DNA of 62,223 nucleotides, filler included. It is 7 parts of 7 records of this genome, joined end to end, with 100 filler letters (N's around TTAATTAATTAA, not from the genome) between each part and the next. Parts side by side here need not be neighbours in the genome. Positions count along the whole stretch, not along the records: positions 57,936 to 62,223 come from SRR20825010_4243; 6 more parts are not named here. One strand, given 5' to 3'. Made by a program: the position numbers and the translations under genes. Of the stretch, positions 58,261 through 62,223 are shown piece after piece. Within the stretch, counting starts at the first letter, position 1; each line of letters starts with the position of its first letter. The notes under the pieces are model-generated. The model did no database searches. It was not told the origin of the DNA and was given only the letters and a program-made list of their open reading frames with translations.

Positions 58261-59499
58261 TTAAACAACGCTGACGTCTGCCAGATATTTCGAAAAATCA
58301 TTGGCCGGAATAACCTTCACCCCGCCAAGCCCCAAAAACGCTGCCAGACGATGCAGGTTTTCCATTAACGGCCCCGCAACATCAAGCCGTTCAAAGCCAC
58401 CTTCAAGATGCGCGCTTTGCACCAAAAGAACCCCGGCCTTGCGGTCTGATTTCAAATCAACACGCGCAACAAATTCGCCGTTAAGCATGAATGGCAGGAC
58501 GTAATACCCGTATTGGCGCTTTTCAGCCGGAACATATATCTCGATCCGGTAGCTAAAACCGAATATCCGCTCTACCCGATCACGTTCCCACATCACCGGA
58601 TCAAACGGCACCATCAAACAGGTCGGCTTTGCCCGTGCCCGCTGGTTCACATTCGGGCACAGATATCCGTCCTGTTTCCACCCCTGCACATCCGCGCGCA
58701 GCAACCTGCCTTCTTCGACAAGGAGCGCCAGACAGGCTTTGGTTTCAGCGGTTGGCATCCGAAAATACTTGCGAAGGTCAATCTCGGCTGCGACCCCGGT
58801 TGCCGCAATCCCCTTACAGATCAAGTCACACATCGCATCCTGACGGTCGGGTGCCGGATCATGGGCGGCATCCCCAATCACCCGATGGGGCAAATCATAA
58901 ACCCGCTCGAAACTGTTACGCCGTTTGTGCGCGGTAACCTGACCGCTCCAGAACAGATATTCCAGTGCGGTTTTGGTATCCGACCAACCCCACCATTCGG
59001 CACTCTTGGGGCCTGCCTGATCGAGATCACTTGCGCCAAGAGCACCTTCATTTTCAATCCGCTCAAGAATGCCATCAATCAACTCAGGCTGTTCACGTTG
59101 CATGCGGGCGATCCGCCCCCACATGCCTTTGCCTGACCGCGCATCTTCCATCCGCCAGCGATATAACGGGTAATCCTCAATCGGGATCATCGAGGCTTCA
59201 TGCCCCCAATATTCAATCAGCTTTCGGTCACGCGATTTGCCCCAAACGATATCATCAAGCAATTTCGGGTCATAAACGCCAAGCCGCGAGAAGACCGGCA
59301 TGTAATGTGCGCGTGTCAAAACGTTGACACTATCGACCTGCAACATATTGGTCTTGCGGATCGCCTTCATGATCCGGCGCTTGGTTACAGGGCGGTTTTC
59401 ATCGCAATCAAACCCCTGCCCGACAAGGGCAAGGTTCCGCGCCTGCTTGATGGAAATGGCAATAGACGGTTTTGGCATATGGGCACTGTCATCTGGCAT
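58261..59499 (-). CDS. YcaQ/AlkZ-family winged-helix DNA crosslink glycosylase
   Basis: QVDSVNV (QxD), EYWGHEAS, PFDP..W.R and YRIEIYVP..KRQYGYYVLP motifs. Confidence 0.9.
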   Translation of the reverse strand: MPDDSAHMPKPSIAISIKQARNLALVGQGFDCDENRPVTKRRIMKAIRKTNMLQVDSVNVLTRAHYMPVFSRLGVYDPKLLDDIVWGKSRDRKLIEYWGHEASMIPIEDYPLYRWRMEDARSGKGMWGRIARMQREQPELIDGILERIENEGALGASDLDQAGPKSAEWWGWSDTKTALEYLFWSGQVTAHKRRNSFERVYDLPHRVIGDAAHDPAPDRQDAMCDLICKGIAATGVAAEIDLRKYFRMPTAETKACLALLVEEGRLLRADVQGWKQDGYLCPNVNQRARAKPTCLMVPFDPVMWERDRVERIFGFSYRIEIYVPAEKRQYGYYVLPFMLNGEFVARVDLKSDRKAGVLLVQSAHLEGGFERLDVAGPLMENLHRLAAFLGLGGVKVIPANDFSKYLADVSVV

Positions 59500-59699
59500 G
59501 ATGGATCAATCAATTCGCGAATTAAAACAGGATGATACTATCACACCCTCCTGACAAATATGGCAGCAGGGTTTGTGCCTTGCAGGATAACTCTTCCATT
59601 CGCAGATAACGCAAGGCCTGCTTGACCTAACAGCCTGTCACGCCATAGGCTTTTGGATCATAGGCCAACATGCAGCGCCCCAAAACAGGACGGACATAA

Positions 59700-61664
59700 A
59701 TGGATAGCCCGCAAATCATGATCCTGACCGTTCTTGTTGGTACGGTTGCCCTGTTTTTATGGGGCCGCTGGCGCCATGACATGGTGGCGATGGCATCCCT
59801 TTTAACCTGCGTCGGATTGGGATTGGTCCCGACCGGGGATGCCTTTGTCGGGTTTGGTCACCCGGCCGTCATCACAGTTGCCTGCATTCTGATCTTGTCA
59901 TCGGCCCTTCAGAAATCGGGTGCTGTCGATACATTAACCCGGACCGTTTTGCCACAATCTGCGGGGCCTTTCGTCACCATGGCCGCCCTTAGTCTTCTGG
60001 CGGCCATCCTGTCAGCTTTTATGAACAATGTCGGTGCCTTGGCCCTTTTGATGCCGGTTGCCTTGCAAATTGCCCGAAAACAAAACCTGCCGCCGGGCAA
60101 AATCCTGATGCCGCTGGCATTTGGGTCGATCTTGGGCGGCATGACCACCCTGATTGGCACACCGCCCAACCTGATCGTGTCAGGCTTTCGTGCCGGACAG
60201 ACCGGCGAAGGGTTTTCGATGTTTGCCTTTACGCCCGTCGGCGTCACGATTGCGGTTGCCGGGTTGGCATTTGTCATGCTGCTGGGTCGATTTCTTGTCC
60301 CGACCCGCGAACGCGCCGGTGCCGAAGGATTTGAAACCGGCTCCTACCTGACCGAAGCCCGGATTACCGAAGGCAGCAAAGCGTCGGGCATGTTGCTGCG
60401 TGATATCAATCACGAACTGGAAAAAAGCGATGCACAGGTCATTGGCCTGATCCGCAACGAACGTCGCTTTCCGGCACCAAGTCCTTATCGCGAGCTTCAT
60501 CAGGACGATATTCTTCTCATCGAAGCCGAACCCGAAGGTCTGGCCTCCGCCCTTTCGGCACTCGAACTGACCCTTGAAGCCGAATGGAATGACGCCCGGG
60601 CCAAGGCCGCGGAAAAAGAACAGGCCAAGGCGCTTGAACGCGAAAAAGACGCGCAGAAGGATATCATTCCGGAAACTTCAGACACTCAAGACCCTGCAAA
60701 TGTCCCCGTCGTCGGCGGTGCTGAAGTGAACGATGACGCTGTTAAAACAGACGACATAGCCGATCCCCCCAAGACCGAAATCGAACGCCAAAAGGCTTTG
60801 GAATCCGATGACATATCGCTGATCGAACTTGCCGTTCTGCCAAATGCCACCTTCATTGGCCGGTCGGCTTCCGACATACGGTTGCGGGATCGTTACGGCA
60901 TCAATCTGCTGGCTGTTTCCCGACAGGGACAACGTTCCATGTCCCGGTTGCGCACCATGACAATGCAGGCCGGCGATGTGCTTTTGATGCAAGGCACCCC
61001 CGATGCTGTTTATGATTTCGGCAATCGCCTTGGATGTGTACCGCTTGCCGAACGTTCCTTGCATCTCGCCGATACCAAGATTGCCTTGCGCGCGACATTT
61101 ATCATGGCCGTCGCCATTCTACTGGCTGCCCTTGGCATCCTGCCAGCCGCGATTTCCTTTTCCTTTGGGGTGCTTGCGGCATTGCTGTTTGGGGTTGTTT
61201 CACCGCGAACGCTTTATAATGCGGTCGACTGGCCAGTGGTGGTGTTGCTTGCCGCGTTGATCCCCGTCGCCAATGCGATGGAAAGTACCGGCAGTGCGGA
61301 TTTAATCGCTCGTTTCCTGCTTGAAACCGTTGCTCAGGGCAATGCAATGATCGCAGTTGGCCTGATCCTGATCGTTACCATGACCCTGTCGGATTTCATG
61401 AACAATGCCGCCACCGCAGCCGTCATGTGCCCGATTGCGATTGGCAGTGCCGCGCAACTGGATGCCAGTGCCGACCCATTCCTGATGGCCGTTGCAATCG
61501 GTGCTTCCTGTGCCTTTTTGACGCCGATCGGGCATCAAAACAATACCCTGATCTTGGGCCCCGGCGGGTTCAAATTTGGCGATTACTGGAAGCTTGGCCT
61601 CCCGATTGAAATTATCGTGGTTGCCGTTGGCGTCCCGATGCTTCTTTGGGTTTGGCCGTTGTAA
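59700..61664 (+). CDS. SLC13/DASS-family permease with two TrkA-C domains
   Basis: SAFMNN, TLIGTPPNL and FLTPIGHQNN motifs with central TrkA-C repeats. Confidence 0.92.
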   Translation: MDSPQIMILTVLVGTVALFLWGRWRHDMVAMASLLTCVGLGLVPTGDAFVGFGHPAVITVACILILSSALQKSGAVDTLTRTVLPQSAGPFVTMAALSLLAAILSAFMNNVGALALLMPVALQIARKQNLPPGKILMPLAFGSILGGMTTLIGTPPNLIVSGFRAGQTGEGFSMFAFTPVGVTIAVAGLAFVMLLGRFLVPTRERAGAEGFETGSYLTEARITEGSKASGMLLRDINHELEKSDAQVIGLIRNERRFPAPSPYRELHQDDILLIEAEPEGLASALSALELTLEAEWNDARAKAAEKEQAKALEREKDAQKDIIPETSDTQDPANVPVVGGAEVNDDAVKTDDIADPPKTEIERQKALESDDISLIELAVLPNATFIGRSASDIRLRDRYGINLLAVSRQGQRSMSRLRTMTMQAGDVLLMQGTPDAVYDFGNRLGCVPLAERSLHLADTKIALRATFIMAVAILLAALGILPAAISFSFGVLAALLFGVVSPRTLYNAVDWPVVVLLAALIPVANAMESTGSADLIARFLLETVAQGNAMIAVGLILIVTMTLSDFMNNAATAAVMCPIAIGSAAQLDASADPFLMAVAIGASCAFLTPIGHQNNTLILGPGGFKFGDYWKLGLPIEIIVVAVGVPMLLWVWPL

Positions 61665-61742
61665 GTCACACCGCCAAAATCAATCTGGCGACCATCCTCG
61701 CACAGCATGAAAGGCCGCAATTTGATTGCGGCTTTTCAAACC

Positions 61743-62223
61743 TTATTTATGTGCAGATTGCAGGATTTTGATTGTCGCCGCCGCCGCACCAAAACCATTA
61801 TCGATATTAACTGTCATGATGCCGGGTGAACAGCTTCCCAGTGCGGATTCAAGGGCGGTTCTCCCGCCTGTTGACACGCCGTACCCAACGGATGTTGGCA
61901 CCGCAATTACGGGTGCCTCAACCAGTCCGGCCAGAACACTAAACAAAGCACCTTCCATCCCGGCAAGTGCGATGATGACCCGGAATTGCCGAATTTCTTC
62001 AATTCGTTCAAGTAACCGCCAAAGACCCGCCACGCCAACATCGTGGATCATAGTGCTGTCATAACCGCAAAACGCCAAGGTTCTCTGGGCTTCGGTTGCC
62101 ACAGGAATATCTGACGTTCCCGCCGCAATAATCCCGACCCCTGATTGTCCAAGCGGTGCTGTCTTGCCAACAATCCCCGTGGCCGACACATGATCATAGT
62201 CAAGCTGCGCGCTATTGTCCCGA
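61743..62223 (-). CDS. larB: LarB (AIR carboxylase-like nickel-pincer cofactor protein), 5' truncated by window edge
   Basis: AGTSD.PVA.EA, DVGVAGLWRL, AGMEGAL, VPTSVGYG and VNIDNGFGAA motifs. Confidence 0.92.
   Translation of the reverse strand, partial: RDNSAQLDYDHVSATGIVGKTAPLGQSGVGIIAAGTSDIPVATEAQRTLAFCGYDSTMIHDVGVAGLWRLLERIEEIRQFRVIIALAGMEGALFSVLAGLVEAPVIAVPTSVGYGVSTGGRTALESALGSCSPGIMTVNIDNGFGAAAATIKILQSAHK

Noticed and set aside
1-62223. CRISPR arrays, rRNA genes, integron attC arrays, intact transposases
   Set aside because: None seen on reading: no regularly spaced direct repeats and no cas or transposase motifs in the ORF track.

Overview
This window is not one locus. It is seven unrelated contig fragments joined by artificial 100-nt linkers (N44-TTAATTAATTAA-N44). 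Taxon guesses rest on gene content, base composition and promoter motifs only. (1) 1-20018: GC-rich gammaproteobacterial (Alcanivorax-like) core genome with hisF, ctpA/envC, grxC/secB, typA, a peptidase/7TM-transglutaminase/RimK-like operon, a PP-loop thiouridylase-like gene plus tusA, and glnA-glnL-glnG with sigma54 and NtrC sites. (2) 20119-31005: AT-rich Bacteroidota fragment. (3) 31106-35692: gammaproteobacterial fragment with a P4-type integrase that lacks most catalytic residues. (4) 35793-47402: betaproteobacterial-like fragment starting with a probable amidase toxin/immunity pair, then phoH-like, bcp, alaA, hom, thrC and a two-component pair. (5) 47503-53258: Bacteroidota lon-porQ-hslU. 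(6) 53359-57835 and (7) 57936-62223: alphaproteobacterial-like fragments (liv ABC, hppD/hmgA; ycaQ-like, SLC13, larB). The best candidate for an undescribed system is a small AT-rich islet just after a tRNA(CAU) at about 21484-24288. It encodes a Cys-rich YkgJ/FliB-like putative Fe-S enzyme with a C-terminal PqqD/RRE-like domain, two paralogous secreted four-Cys peptides and a beta-propeller lipoprotein. This reads as a candidate new RiPP or peptide-signalling system. All family calls come from visual motif recognition; no database search was run.
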